Assembly: GCA_030647265.1 (NCBI GenBank)
Contig: JAUSJM010000034.1
Coordinates: 1 to 58,016, forward strand
Direction: 5' to 3'
Source of the DNA: a bacterium
GTDB taxonomy: Bacteria > Patescibacteriota > Microgenomatia > Daviesbacterales > UBA10151
DNA: 58,016 nucleotides
Below, one piece after another: positions 45,335-53,742 of the stretch. Made by a program: the position numbers and the translations under genes. A model generated the notes under the pieces. The model saw only the letters and a list, made by a program, of their open reading frames with translations. It was not told the DNA's origin and did no database searches. Numbering within the stretch: the stretch's first letter is position 1; every line of letters starts with the position of its first letter.

Positions 45335-46330
45335 ATGAAAAAGGTTTTGGTGGTTTTGGGACCTACAGCTATCGGAAAAACAGATTTGGCTCTTAAACTG
45401 GCAAAAAAGTTTGATGGGGAGCTAATTTCCTGTGATTCCCGTCAGGTATATCAGGGCTTGGATATTGGGACAGGCAAAATGCCAAGTCAAAATTCAAAAA
45501 TCAAAAGTCAAAGGTACAAGTTAAAAGTTCAAAAGCTTAAAAGTAGATGGGTAATAAATGGGATCAGTATTTGGATGTACGATGTGGCAGATCCTCAGGT
45601 AAGGTATACAGTGGCTGATTATGTAAAAGAGGCAGAAAAGGTTATTGGAAATATTATCAAGAAAGGTAAAATACCTATCATTGTGGGAGGAACTGGTCTT
45701 TACCTGAAAGCTTTACTGGAAGGATTACCGAATCTTTCTATTCCCATGGATTATCAACTAAGAGGGGAGTTAGAGAAGCTGTCTTTAGAGGAGCTGCAGC
45801 AAATAATACAGCTACTCTCCCCTACTGGATGGAAAAAATTAAACGATTCAGACAGAAAAAATCCGCGCCGTCTCCTCCGCTCTATCGAACTTATACTTAT
45901 GAATCCATACATACAATCAATTAAAAATTTAAAATTTAAAATTAAAAATTACAATCTTTTAAAGATTGGGCTTACAGTTCCCCGCCAGGTTTTAAAGCAA
46001 CGGATTAATTTACGTCTGATTTCCAGGATAAACCAAGGATTAATTGAGGAGGGAGAGAGACTCTTAAAAGAAGGAGTAACTTTAAAAAGGATGAGAGAGT
46101 TGGGACTGGAATATGGAATGCTCGCCGAACTTCTCGGCGGTGAGATCAGCCAAAAACAGTTTCTCGAGCAGCTATCAGTAAAAATTTCTCAGTATGCTAA
46201 AAGACAGATGACTTGGTTTAAAAAAGAAAAAGATGTTTTTTGGTTTGATATAACTAAAGGGAATTTTTCTCAGGAAGTAGAAAAGATAATCCAGTCATGG
46301 TATGATCAAGCGGATGACAAGACGGATTGA
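45335..46330 (+). CDS. miaA: tRNA dimethylallyltransferase with two K-rich inserts
   Basis: 331 aa with GPTAIGKT P-loop and CDSRQVYQGLDIGTGK. The inserts are SQNSKIKSQRYKLKVQKLKS (45485-45544) and KNLKFKIKNYN (45923-45955). Confidence 0.85.
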   Translation: MKKVLVVLGPTAIGKTDLALKLAKKFDGELISCDSRQVYQGLDIGTGKMPSQNSKIKSQRYKLKVQKLKSRWVINGISIWMYDVADPQVRYTVADYVKEAEKVIGNIIKKGKIPIIVGGTGLYLKALLEGLPNLSIPMDYQLRGELEKLSLEELQQIIQLLSPTGWKKLNDSDRKNPRRLLRSIELILMNPYIQSIKNLKFKIKNYNLLKIGLTVPRQVLKQRINLRLISRINQGLIEEGERLLKEGVTLKRMRELGLEYGMLAELLGGEISQKQFLEQLSVKISQYAKRQMTWFKKEKDVFWFDITKGNFSQEVEKIIQSWYDQADDKTD

Positions 46331-47288
46331 CATTTCCTGGAAAACCATAATTTTTGTAACAGCCTTTTTTATCCTTCTGTGGATTATTTTTAAGATTTTA
46401 GATATCATCCTCCTCTTTTTTGTAGCCTTTATTTTTATGTCTGCCCTGACTCCAATAATCGAAAGACTTGTAAAATGGAAGGTGCCCAAAAGTTTGGCAG
46501 TGATAGTAGTTGTTTTATCAATCATTTTAGGAATTATAGGGGCTTTGGCTGTAGGTATTACTCCCCTCGTCACCCAAACCAGCAACTTGGGGAGTAAGTT
46601 GTCAGAAACTGTGGCTTTATTTCCTCAGACTTTAAGGCTTGACCAGTCGGTGATTTCTCAGGAGGTCTCCCGGCTTTCCGGACAGGCTGTTTCTATCACA
46701 GTAGATATTTTCAGAAACGTCATCGGTTTTGTCAGTGTCCTGGTGATTACTATCTATCTTCTTTTGGACCGGGAAAAAATTGAAGGTTATGCTACTTCCT
46801 TTTTTGGTCCTCGCCAGGATAGAGCCAAAAAAATACTTAGGATGATCGAGGACAAACTGGGAGACTGGCTGCGGGGACAGCTTGTTTTATCTTTAGCAGT
46901 TGGGGTCATGGTTTATATTGGGTTAGTTGCCTTGGGTTTGGATTATGCTTTGCCTTTGGCCATTATTGCCGGGTTTTTAGAGGTGGTGCCTGTTTTAGGT
47001 CCGATCATCTCTGCTATCCCCGCTATTTTACTGGCATTAACTGTTTCTCCCCTGCTGGCCCTTTTAGTAGCGGGGGTTTATTTTGTTATTCAGGAGTTAG
47101 AAGGACATCTTCTAGTGCCCTTAATAATGAAGAGGGCAGTAGGGCTAAATCCCATTTTAGTTATCCTGGCTATTTCAGTGGGAAGCAGGCTTTTGGGATT
47201 GGGAGGAGCACTACTGGCTGTACCTATTGCGGTAGTAATTCAGCTCATTTTGCAAGAGAGTCTAAAGATTGAAGAAGAGCTCTCCTAA
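46302..47288 (+). CDS. AI-2E family transporter (PerM/UPF0118)
   Basis: 328-aa polytopic ORF with ...LGDWLRGQLVLSL... and GFLEVVPVLGPIISAIPA. It overlaps miaA by 29 nt if the start is 46302. Confidence 0.85.
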   Translation: MIKRMTRRIDISWKTIIFVTAFFILLWIIFKILDIILLFFVAFIFMSALTPIIERLVKWKVPKSLAVIVVVLSIILGIIGALAVGITPLVTQTSNLGSKLSETVALFPQTLRLDQSVISQEVSRLSGQAVSITVDIFRNVIGFVSVLVITIYLLLDREKIEGYATSFFGPRQDRAKKILRMIEDKLGDWLRGQLVLSLAVGVMVYIGLVALGLDYALPLAIIAGFLEVVPVLGPIISAIPAILLALTVSPLLALLVAGVYFVIQELEGHLLVPLIMKRAVGLNPILVILAISVGSRLLGLGGALLAVPIAVVIQLILQESLKIEEELS

Positions 47289-47289
47289 A

Positions 47290-47318
47290 TTTGATTCCAG
47301 GCTAGTGACAGGGTATAA
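47290..47318 (+). promoter_or_regulatory. promoter TTGATT-N17-TATAAT for the RNase P RNA
   Basis: ttgatt at 47290-47295 and tataat at 47313-47318. The P1 stem starts ~7 nt downstream. Confidence 0.6.
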
Positions 47319-47324
47319 TATGCC

Positions 47325-47631
47325 TGCTTAGGAAGCTGGATGATATGCTGAGCCGCAAGGCGAAGTAAGGAAAGTCCAGACAGCACAGAGCAGGGTGCCC
47401 GCCGTAAGGCGAGGACGGGAAAACCGCTAGTTAGAGTAACAGTGACGAACCGAGGTCAAGCTCGGGTGAAACGGACAATCCTCCCCGCTGCAATCCTAGA
47501 TCAGACTGAGCTGCTCGCTCGATAGTCGAAATAAGGAGCGTCCCGGCTAAACCGGGATTGGGATGACTTTAAACATCATTTCAAAGATAGATTTCATCTA
47601 AAACAAAATCTGGCTTACTGGTTTCCTAAGC
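47325..47631 (+). ncRNA. rnpB: RNase P RNA (bacterial type A-like, compact ~307 nt)
   Basis: P4 5' strand GGAAAGTCCAGACAGCACAGAGCAGGGTGCC, plus GGGTGAAACGG. P4 3' strand AAACAAAATCTGGCTTA. P1 pairs cttaggaa (47326-47333) with ttcctaag (47623-47630). Confidence 0.85.
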
Positions 47632-47635
47632 AAAC

Positions 47636-47672
47636 AAAAGGAGCTCACTTTTTGGTGGCTCCTTTTGTTTTT
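47636..47672 (+). terminator. intrinsic terminator after rnpB
   Basis: aaaaggagc(t)cac / gtggctcctttt stem followed by gttttt. Confidence 0.65.
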
Positions 47673-47680
47673 ACGTACAC

Positions 47681-47727
47681 ACCGAAAGAATTATCAAAAA
47701 TGCAGACTTAAATTCTTTCGGTTTTTT
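47681..47727 (+). terminator. second hairpin plus T-run
   Basis: accgaaagaatt (47681-47692) pairs with aattctttcggt (47711-47722). The loop is 18 nt and a T-run follows. Confidence 0.5.
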
Positions 47728-47965
47728 AGATACGGTTTAGGTATCTTGTCCCTCTAAGCTTTAGTCTAGATCAAAAAGCTCTTTGGCAAGTCCTCCAATG
47801 CATTGTATGAACATTTCCAGCATATGATGGGAATTCTTACTTGTCAACTTTTGTGGTATATTCCAGTTATTATCTGATGGAGACAGAGATGCATTGTTTA
47901 CTTCTCCCGGGGTTTGAAGCTAAACAACCCCAGGGGTTGGGAATGCTGGTACTTTAATCTTTAAT

Positions 47966-48532
47966 ATGGAGTCAGAGATAGAATACCACCCAGCAGAAAG
48001 AGAGATATTGCCCAAAGATTTAAGGGAGTTTTTTGTAAGAGCTAGGAGGGCTACTTATGCTGGAAATGCTAAGCCTGTAGATACACCTCTTCTTCCAAGG
48101 GCTAAAGAGCTAGTTTACACTACCGATCCAACCCAAGAACCAAACTCTCCTTATTATTACTATGATTCTTATGATGACAGAGGAGAAAGACCTGGAAATT
48201 TTGCTGGAGCGGAGAGGATAACTAGCCTATTAGAGGGAGGAGATCCAGTTTTAAGATGTCAATATGTTGGAGGATTAACTAATGAAGGGCTTAAATTAGG
48301 TGAGGGAACTATATATGGAAGACTTCAAAGGGTATTAAAAGAGCATGTAGAGAAAGTAAGGTTTGGTAATAAAGTAAAGGTATCATTTGCTGATGATAAA
48401 GGGGATTGGGTTTATGAAGATAAAGGGATGGTAGAGGACTGGGGATGGAGTGGAAGAGAGAGGATTTACCATAAGGGAATTTTAGTTTATGACATTATTT
48501 ATGGTGGGAATTGTTATCTTCGCGGATTTTAA
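47966..48532 (+). CDS. hypothetical protein, DUF5680-like
   Basis: 188 aa. The pattern F..A...TYAG...(Y.D.Y.G...F.G.E)...Y.GG resembles DUF5680. Assignment is from memory only. Confidence 0.35.
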   Translation: MESEIEYHPAEREILPKDLREFFVRARRATYAGNAKPVDTPLLPRAKELVYTTDPTQEPNSPYYYYDSYDDRGERPGNFAGAERITSLLEGGDPVLRCQYVGGLTNEGLKLGEGTIYGRLQRVLKEHVEKVRFGNKVKVSFADDKGDWVYEDKGMVEDWGWSGRERIYHKGILVYDIIYGGNCYLRGF

Positions 48533-48593
48533 TCAGCTCGAATTTTAACTTACTATTTACTATCCTATATTTTTTGCTAAACTCAAGATATAA

Positions 48594-50114
48594 ATGCTTG
48601 CAAAAGTTATTTCTGGGGCTAATGTAGGGTTGGAATCAATAGGGGTGACAGTGGAGGTGGATATTGCTTCCCAAGGACTCCCCTCTTTTACCCTCGTTGG
48701 TTTGGCTGACAGAGCTGTAGAGGAGTCTAGGGAGAGGGTTAGATCTGCTTTAAAAAATAGTGGGGCTGATTTTCCTGCTAAAAGAATTACTGTTAACCTT
48801 GCTCCGGCAGATCTTCCTAAAGAGGGCCCAGCTTTTGATTTACCCATTGCTGTAGGACTACTTTTGGCCTCAGGCCAGCTGGAAAAAGACCTCTCAGATA
48901 CCTTGCTGGTAGGAGAGTTGTCTTTGGATGGAAGTTTAAGATCAACACACGGTGTTTTGTCTTTTACTCTGCTGACTAAAAGTTTAGGTTTGAAAAGAAT
49001 CTTTGTCCCCAAAGAGAATGGAGTGGAAGCAGCAGTAGTAGAAGGGATAGAGGTTTTTGCTTTTGATAATTTACTACAGGTTTTTAAGTTTTTAATAGGC
49101 TCGGAAGAGGTTTTTCCGCAGCCCCTGACTGATTTAAATTTAATAAACCATGTAATTTTTGAATATGACTTTAAAGATATTAAAGGCCAGCAGCAAGCCA
49201 GAAGGGCTTTGGAAATAGCTGCTGCCGGAGGTCACAACGTTATAATGAAAGGTCCGCCGGGAGCAGGAAAGACCCTTTTGGCCCGGGCTTTTCCTTCCAT
49301 CTTGCCTTCCATGAGTAAAGAAGAGGCTCTAGAGGTAACCAAGATTTATTCAGTTTCGGGCAACCTTTCTTCTGACCAGCCGATTATTACTTCCCGGCCC
49401 TTCAGATCTCCCCATCACACTGCCTCTTATGTAGGAATGGTGGGAGGAGGAAATAATATCAAGCCTGGAGAAGTCTCTTTAGCCCACCGGGGAGTACTAT
49501 TTTTAGACGAGCTGCCGGAATTCCCCAGACAAGTACTGGAGGCTTTAAGACAGCCGGTGGAAGACCGAAAGGTCACTATTTCCCGGGCTTCCGGGTCTTT
49601 GTCTTTCCCCTCCCAGTTTACCCTCCTTTGTGCCTTAAACCCCTGTCCTTGTGGTTTTTTGGGAGACCCCAAGAAAAACTGCTGCTGTATGCCGGGGCAA
49701 ATCTCCAGATATAAAAAGAAAGTTTCCGGGCCTCTTTTGGATCGGATAGATATTCATCTGGATGTGCCGGCAGTGGAGGTGGAAAAATTAACCGGTCAGG
49801 AAACTGCGGAAGATTCCCAAGCCATTAAAACTAGGGTGGAAAAAGCCAGGAATATTCAGCAGGAAAGGTTTAAAGGGAGTGGAATTTTGACAAATTCCGA
49901 GATGAGTAATGCCCAGATAAAAACCTGGTGCAGAATTACCCAAGATGCTTTAGATCTTTTAAAGATGGCTATTTCCCAAATGAATCTGTCTGCCAGAGGT
50001 TACCACCGGGTTCTCAAGCTTTCCCGAACCATTGCTGATTTAGCTTCATCAGAAAATATTTTAGCAGAACATGTAGCTGAGGCTTTAACCTATCGGGCCA
50101 GAGAAGAAAACTAG
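48594..50114 (+). CDS. comM: YifB/ComM family Mg-chelatase-like AAA+ ATPase
   Basis: 506 aa with an N-terminal Lon-protease-like domain, GPPGAGKT Walker A, VLFLDELPEF Walker B and a C-terminal helical domain. Confidence 0.9.
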   Translation: MLAKVISGANVGLESIGVTVEVDIASQGLPSFTLVGLADRAVEESRERVRSALKNSGADFPAKRITVNLAPADLPKEGPAFDLPIAVGLLLASGQLEKDLSDTLLVGELSLDGSLRSTHGVLSFTLLTKSLGLKRIFVPKENGVEAAVVEGIEVFAFDNLLQVFKFLIGSEEVFPQPLTDLNLINHVIFEYDFKDIKGQQQARRALEIAAAGGHNVIMKGPPGAGKTLLARAFPSILPSMSKEEALEVTKIYSVSGNLSSDQPIITSRPFRSPHHTASYVGMVGGGNNIKPGEVSLAHRGVLFLDELPEFPRQVLEALRQPVEDRKVTISRASGSLSFPSQFTLLCALNPCPCGFLGDPKKNCCCMPGQISRYKKKVSGPLLDRIDIHLDVPAVEVEKLTGQETAEDSQAIKTRVEKARNIQQERFKGSGILTNSEMSNAQIKTWCRITQDALDLLKMAISQMNLSARGYHRVLKLSRTIADLASSENILAEHVAEALTYRAREEN

Positions 50115-50154
50115 ATTGTGAATTTTTCAGAAAACAAAATACCCTATTTCCCTA

Positions 50155-50185
50155 TTGACGGATACTGCCGGGAAGTCCTTATAAT
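50155..50185 (+). promoter_or_regulatory. candidate promoter TTGACG-N19-TATAAT
   Basis: ttgacg at 50155-50160 and tataat at 50180-50185. The spacer is slightly long. Confidence 0.35.
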
Positions 50186-50194
50186 CGGGTTGGT

Positions 50195-51382
50195 ATGCCA
50201 GAAGGTGAATTAGGTCTTAACTCTTCCCGGTTTGTTAACACCCGTATTTCTCTTGGCGACATTAATGTTCTTCCTCAACCCCGTAAAACTTTCGAAGGAC
50301 TAGATATTTTAGCCCAAGATATTGCCCGCAATGGGCTAGTATATAACCTGTTTGTAGCTCAACAAACAGAGGAAAGTTGTGTGGAATATCTAAATTATAT
50401 CAATAATGTTAGGAAAACAGAGGTTAATGTTGGTGATCTGGTTCATAAAAATGTTGGTAGTAAAAGGATTTATTATCTGTTAATTGATGGCGAAACACGT
50501 TTTCGTGCAATCAAATGGCTTAGAGAAAATGGATGTGCAGAATGTGTAGAAAAACATGGGCCTGGGGGATGCAATTGTTATAGCAGGCATTTCACGGATA
50601 ATTTGGTTGATGCCCGTTTAGCAACAGGCATGTCTCCACAAGAAGCAATTAGGCTCCAATACTCAGCAAATATCCACACTAAAGTTCCACCATATGAAGA
50701 AGCAAGGGACTTATATGAATTTTGGAATGTTCGCCGAAGGATTGATCCTAGGTTATCTAAGGCAGAATTTGCCAGAGAGGTAGGGAGGTCTCCGCAAACA
50801 ATAAGGGACGCCCTTAAATTTTGTCTTTTGCCCGATAATATTCAGGAACTGGTTACAAACAAAAGATTACATTATGGAATTGCTTGCGAGCTTACCCGTT
50901 TGCAGGAGAGCAGTTTGCCAGAAGAAGAGTTACTGATATGGGCAGTTAGGGGGATTATTGGTAGCCAGAAACTTGCAGAGTTTAGACAACGGGTTAGTCA
51001 GTATCTTGAGGAACGAAAAAATGGACAACTCTCGCTGCTTGACCTTTTTGATACTAATTATCAAAGGCAGTTAGAAAGAAGAAATCGCCGTCTAGTGGTA
51101 GGAGAGAAAATGGTAAGGGGGGTACATGAGGTGGCTAGATACTGGAAAATTATCCTTGATAGTATTGGGGTAAAATTAATTGAGGCAGATGTGATTCCCT
51201 TTGATCATATTGATGATACTTACTCACTAGGTAGTCCTCTAAGAGTGTACAGGAAATTTGTGGAATTAGAAGCTGAGGTACTGGCTCTTTTGAGGGGGAG
51301 ACTTCCTTTGCACGTTGTCAAACAAGCTGAGAAAGTTATCCTCCAAACTCAACAAACGCTTAATACTACTTCTCAAAATTAA
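50195..51382 (+). CDS. divergent ParB-like (ParB/Srx N-terminal domain plus HTH) protein with a Cys-rich insert
   Basis: 395 aa with a GxxRxxA box (DGETRFRA). The HTH is SKAEFAREVGRSPQTIRDALKFCLLPDNIQELV...YGIACEL. The insert is CAECVEKHGPGGCNCYSRH. Confidence 0.6.
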   Translation: MPEGELGLNSSRFVNTRISLGDINVLPQPRKTFEGLDILAQDIARNGLVYNLFVAQQTEESCVEYLNYINNVRKTEVNVGDLVHKNVGSKRIYYLLIDGETRFRAIKWLRENGCAECVEKHGPGGCNCYSRHFTDNLVDARLATGMSPQEAIRLQYSANIHTKVPPYEEARDLYEFWNVRRRIDPRLSKAEFAREVGRSPQTIRDALKFCLLPDNIQELVTNKRLHYGIACELTRLQESSLPEEELLIWAVRGIIGSQKLAEFRQRVSQYLEERKNGQLSLLDLFDTNYQRQLERRNRRLVVGEKMVRGVHEVARYWKIILDSIGVKLIEADVIPFDHIDDTYSLGSPLRVYRKFVELEAEVLALLRGRLPLHVVKQAEKVILQTQQTLNTTSQN

Positions 51383-51396
51383 ATTTGTTCAACCTA

Positions 51397-51428
51397 CAAA
51401 AAGCCCCGCTTGAAGCGGGACCTTTTGT
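51397..51428. terminator. bidirectional terminator-like hairpin
   Basis: cccgc-ttgaa-gcggg flanked by acaaaaag and accttttgt. Lies between the convergent ParB-like and DUF5679 genes. Confidence 0.5.
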
Positions 51429-51477
51429 AAATGGTGAAACCCTTCGATAAACTCGGGACACCGATTTTTACTACTCT

Positions 51478-51621
51478 TTAGACTGCAGAACCGATTTTGT
51501 ACATTCCGGTATTGCAAACAGAGCAGCTAGCCTTAACGGCTGCTTTACCATTTTTCATGGTAACATTTTGAGGGTCTTTAGCCTCCTGTTTTTGGCGGCA
51601 TTTTACACAATACATTTGCAT
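51478..51621 (-). CDS. DUF5679-like small zinc-ribbon protein (47 aa)
   Basis: Hand translation: MQMYCVKCRQKQEAKDPQNVTMKNGKAAVKASCSVCNTGMYKIGSAV*. It has CxxC...CxxC and GGAGGTG upstream. Below the ORF-track cutoff. Confidence 0.6.
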   Translation of the reverse strand: MQMYCVKCRQKQEAKDPQNVTMKNGKAAVKASCSVCNTGMYKIGSAV

Positions 51622-51653
51622 CGATCTTCACCTCCTTTCAAAAAAGTTTTGGT

Positions 51654-51926
51654 TTATATTTTTTGTAAACTAAAATACAACACCAGCTGGGCCCCGATAA
51701 TGATTGAAGCAAGGATAGTGGTTTTAAGAAGATCGGACCGTAAGTAGTTGACCTCGGCCGGAGGTTTTACCGCTGCTTCTGTCTTATTCTCGGCAGCGGG
51801 AGCAGTAAAAGTCGCCTTTACTTGAGTAGGGGAAGAGGAGTCTTTTTCTTTACCATAAAGCTGTGATCTAAGAGCTTGGAGTCTTTTTTCAGCTTCAGTT
51901 AACTTTTTGGAACGGGAGTAAGTCAT
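51654..51926 (-). CDS. small C-terminally anchored membrane protein
   Basis: 90 aa with a coiled N-terminus and one C-terminal TM helix. Confidence 0.45.
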   Translation of the reverse strand: MTYSRSKKLTEAEKRLQALRSQLYGKEKDSSSPTQVKATFTAPAAENKTEAAVKPPAEVNYLRSDLLKTTILASIIIGAQLVLYFSLQKI

Positions 51927-52054
51927 GGCTTTTTAAGCTCATTTGAGCCTAACACGATCAGTTGTGCCTGTCAAGCATGACTTATCTTGTGAAGTTTTCC
52001 CTCTCTTCTCGTTGACAAAGCCTAAACTACTTTTGTATAGTGAAAGAGTAATTT

Positions 52055-52492
52055 ATGTATCCAGATGGATTAAACGGAGTCTTTTTGGTTTGGGGGGCGG
52101 TAAGTACTATTTGGATCATTATTTTAACAGTCCTGCTTTGGAAACAGAGCTCCGATTTTAAGAAGCTTTTTCCCAAAGAAGGACAAAATTTTCGGGATAA
52201 GTTAAAAGAGGTTCTATCTGAAGTAGAAGGTTTGGAAGAGTTTAAAGTAAGGTGCTTGGGAAATTTACAAAAAGTGTTCTTGAAAAGGTATAACCCTTAT
52301 CAAGATACAGGAGGAGACCAAAGTTTTTCTTTGGCTCTGTTAAATGGAAGAGGAGACGGGGTAGTGGTGACCAGCCTTCATTCCCGGGCCGGGACCAGGG
52401 TTTTTGCTAAAGGGGTGAAGGAAGGAATGGAGGCTCAGGTGCAGTTCTCTCAGGAAGAAAAAGAGGTTGTCAGACGGGCCATGGGCCAGTAG
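52055..52492 (+). CDS. DUF4446-family protein
   Basis: 145 aa with an N-terminal TM helix and RYNPYQDTGGDQSFSLALLNGRGDGVVVTSLHSR. Confidence 0.6.
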   Translation: MYPDGLNGVFLVWGAVSTIWIIILTVLLWKQSSDFKKLFPKEGQNFRDKLKEVLSEVEGLEEFKVRCLGNLQKVFLKRYNPYQDTGGDQSFSLALLNGRGDGVVVTSLHSRAGTRVFAKGVKEGMEAQVQFSQEEKEVVRRAMGQ

Positions 52493-52504
52493 GAATAATT
52501 TAAG

Positions 52505-53698
52505 ATGCTGAGTGTCTTTAATAATTTAACACTGCTGCAAAAAAGTTTATTAACTTCTATTTTGGCAGTGGTGTCATTTATAACCTTCGCCGGAGCTTCT
52601 TATTCATTTTTTTCCAAAACAGCTGGTACCGGTATTAGCAGCGACCTTACCACCTCTTTGCCTAAAGCAGACGGCATTTTTGTGGAAGATCCCAAGGAAC
52701 CAAAGACGGCAAGCTGCCCTCTGAACGGTGAGATGCACACCAAAAAGGTGGGGGATTTATGGGATGCTAAGTTACCCTTGGCGGTGATGATTGAAAATCA
52801 TACTGAAGCTCGCCCCCAATCCGGTCTCTCTTCGGCTGATGTGGTGTATGAGGCGGTGGCGGAAGGGGGGATCACCCGTTTTATGGCCTTTTTCCTTTGT
52901 AATCCTTCCGATGTTCAGGTAGGACCGGTGAGGTCTGCCCGCACTTACTTTTTAGACTGGCTCTCGGAATACAACGCTTTATATGCCCATGTGGGGGGAG
53001 CAAATTCTCCCGGTCCGGCTAATGCCCTGGGGCAAATTATCAAGTACGGTATTATGGACTTGAATCAGTTTGGTATCGGTTTCCCCACCTTCTGGCGTGA
53101 TTACCAACGCTTAGGTCATCCTGTAGCTACGGAACACACTATGTATTCTACTACTCAAAAGCTTTTGGCAGCGGGAGCAAAAAGAGGTTGGACGGTAACC
53201 TTGGAAGATGGGAAAAAGTGGACAGATGAATTTATTTCCTGGAAATTTAAAGACGATGCTCCCGGCAAGCCCCAACAGGGAAGTGGTATTACACTGGCTG
53301 ACAAAATCAATGTGGAATTTTGGCAGGGATATTCCGGTTACGGAGTGACTTGGAACTATGATGTTACTTGCAACTGTTACAAGAGGCTTAACGGTGGTGC
53401 ACCTCATCTGGATTTGGATAATAATCATCAGCTTGCCGCTAAAAACGTGGTAGTCCAGTTTGAAAGGGAATCCCGGGCCAACGATGGTTACGAAGGTAAT
53501 GTCCATCTGATCTATAAAACTATCGGTGAGGGCAAGGCGCTATTTTTCATCGACGGAAAGGCAATTGAAGGTAAATGGAGTAAAGCTTCCCGAGTGGCTC
53601 GGACAAAGTACACCGACAGTAAGGGGCAGGAAATTGCCTTTGACCGAGGCCGAATTTGGATTCAAACTGTCCCAGAAGGGTCGAATGTAAGTTATTAA
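52505..53698 (+). CDS. DUF3048-domain secreted or anchored protein (YerB-like)
   Basis: 397 aa with an N-terminal TM/signal anchor and PLAVMIENHTEARPQSGLSSADVVYEAVAEGGITRFMAFF. Confidence 0.7.
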   Translation: MLSVFNNLTLLQKSLLTSILAVVSFITFAGASYSFFSKTAGTGISSDLTTSLPKADGIFVEDPKEPKTASCPLNGEMHTKKVGDLWDAKLPLAVMIENHTEARPQSGLSSADVVYEAVAEGGITRFMAFFLCNPSDVQVGPVRSARTYFLDWLSEYNALYAHVGGANSPGPANALGQIIKYGIMDLNQFGIGFPTFWRDYQRLGHPVATEHTMYSTTQKLLAAGAKRGWTVTLEDGKKWTDEFISWKFKDDAPGKPQQGSGITLADKINVEFWQGYSGYGVTWNYDVTCNCYKRLNGGAPHLDLDNNHQLAAKNVVVQFERESRANDGYEGNVHLIYKTIGEGKALFFIDGKAIEGKWSKASRVARTKYTDSKGQEIAFDRGRIWIQTVPEGSNVSY

Positions 53699-53742
53699 GC
53701 TTATTTCTGCCTGGCTTATTTTCTGCCCGGAAAGGAGGGACA

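Noticed and set aside
45899-45910. A near-copy (tgaatccataca, 11/12 identical) of the recA/TrpR-like palindrome core inside miaA.
   Set aside because: It has one mismatch in a half-site and lies in the middle of a coding region (LILMNPYIQ), with no promoter context. It is most likely chance in AT-rich sequence.
45480-45960. The reiterated tcaaaa/gtcaaa and aaattt/aaaatt units, considered as a CRISPR array or tandem-repeat locus.
   Set aside because: The units are only 5-7 nt, irregular, have no spacers, and lie in frame inside miaA. No cas genes are present. They are reported only as low-complexity coding inserts.
46302-46330. The 29-nt overlap between miaA and the AI-2E transporter gene, considered as a possible frameshift or fusion.
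   Set aside because: Both proteins are complete with normal termini. An alternative transporter start (ATG 46314) shortens the overlap. Overlaps are common in this compact genome.
50493-50512. The near-palindrome gaaacacgttttc inside the ParB-like gene, considered as a parS site.
   Set aside because: It does not match the parS consensus TGTTNCACGTGAAACA. The half-sites are in the wrong arrangement, and it simply encodes the GETRFRA box.
51943-52161. Track ORF 51943-52161 upstream of and overlapping the DUF4446 gene.
   Set aside because: It uses a non-ATG start in the promoter region, overlaps the better-supported DUF4446 ORF in another frame, and has no motif.
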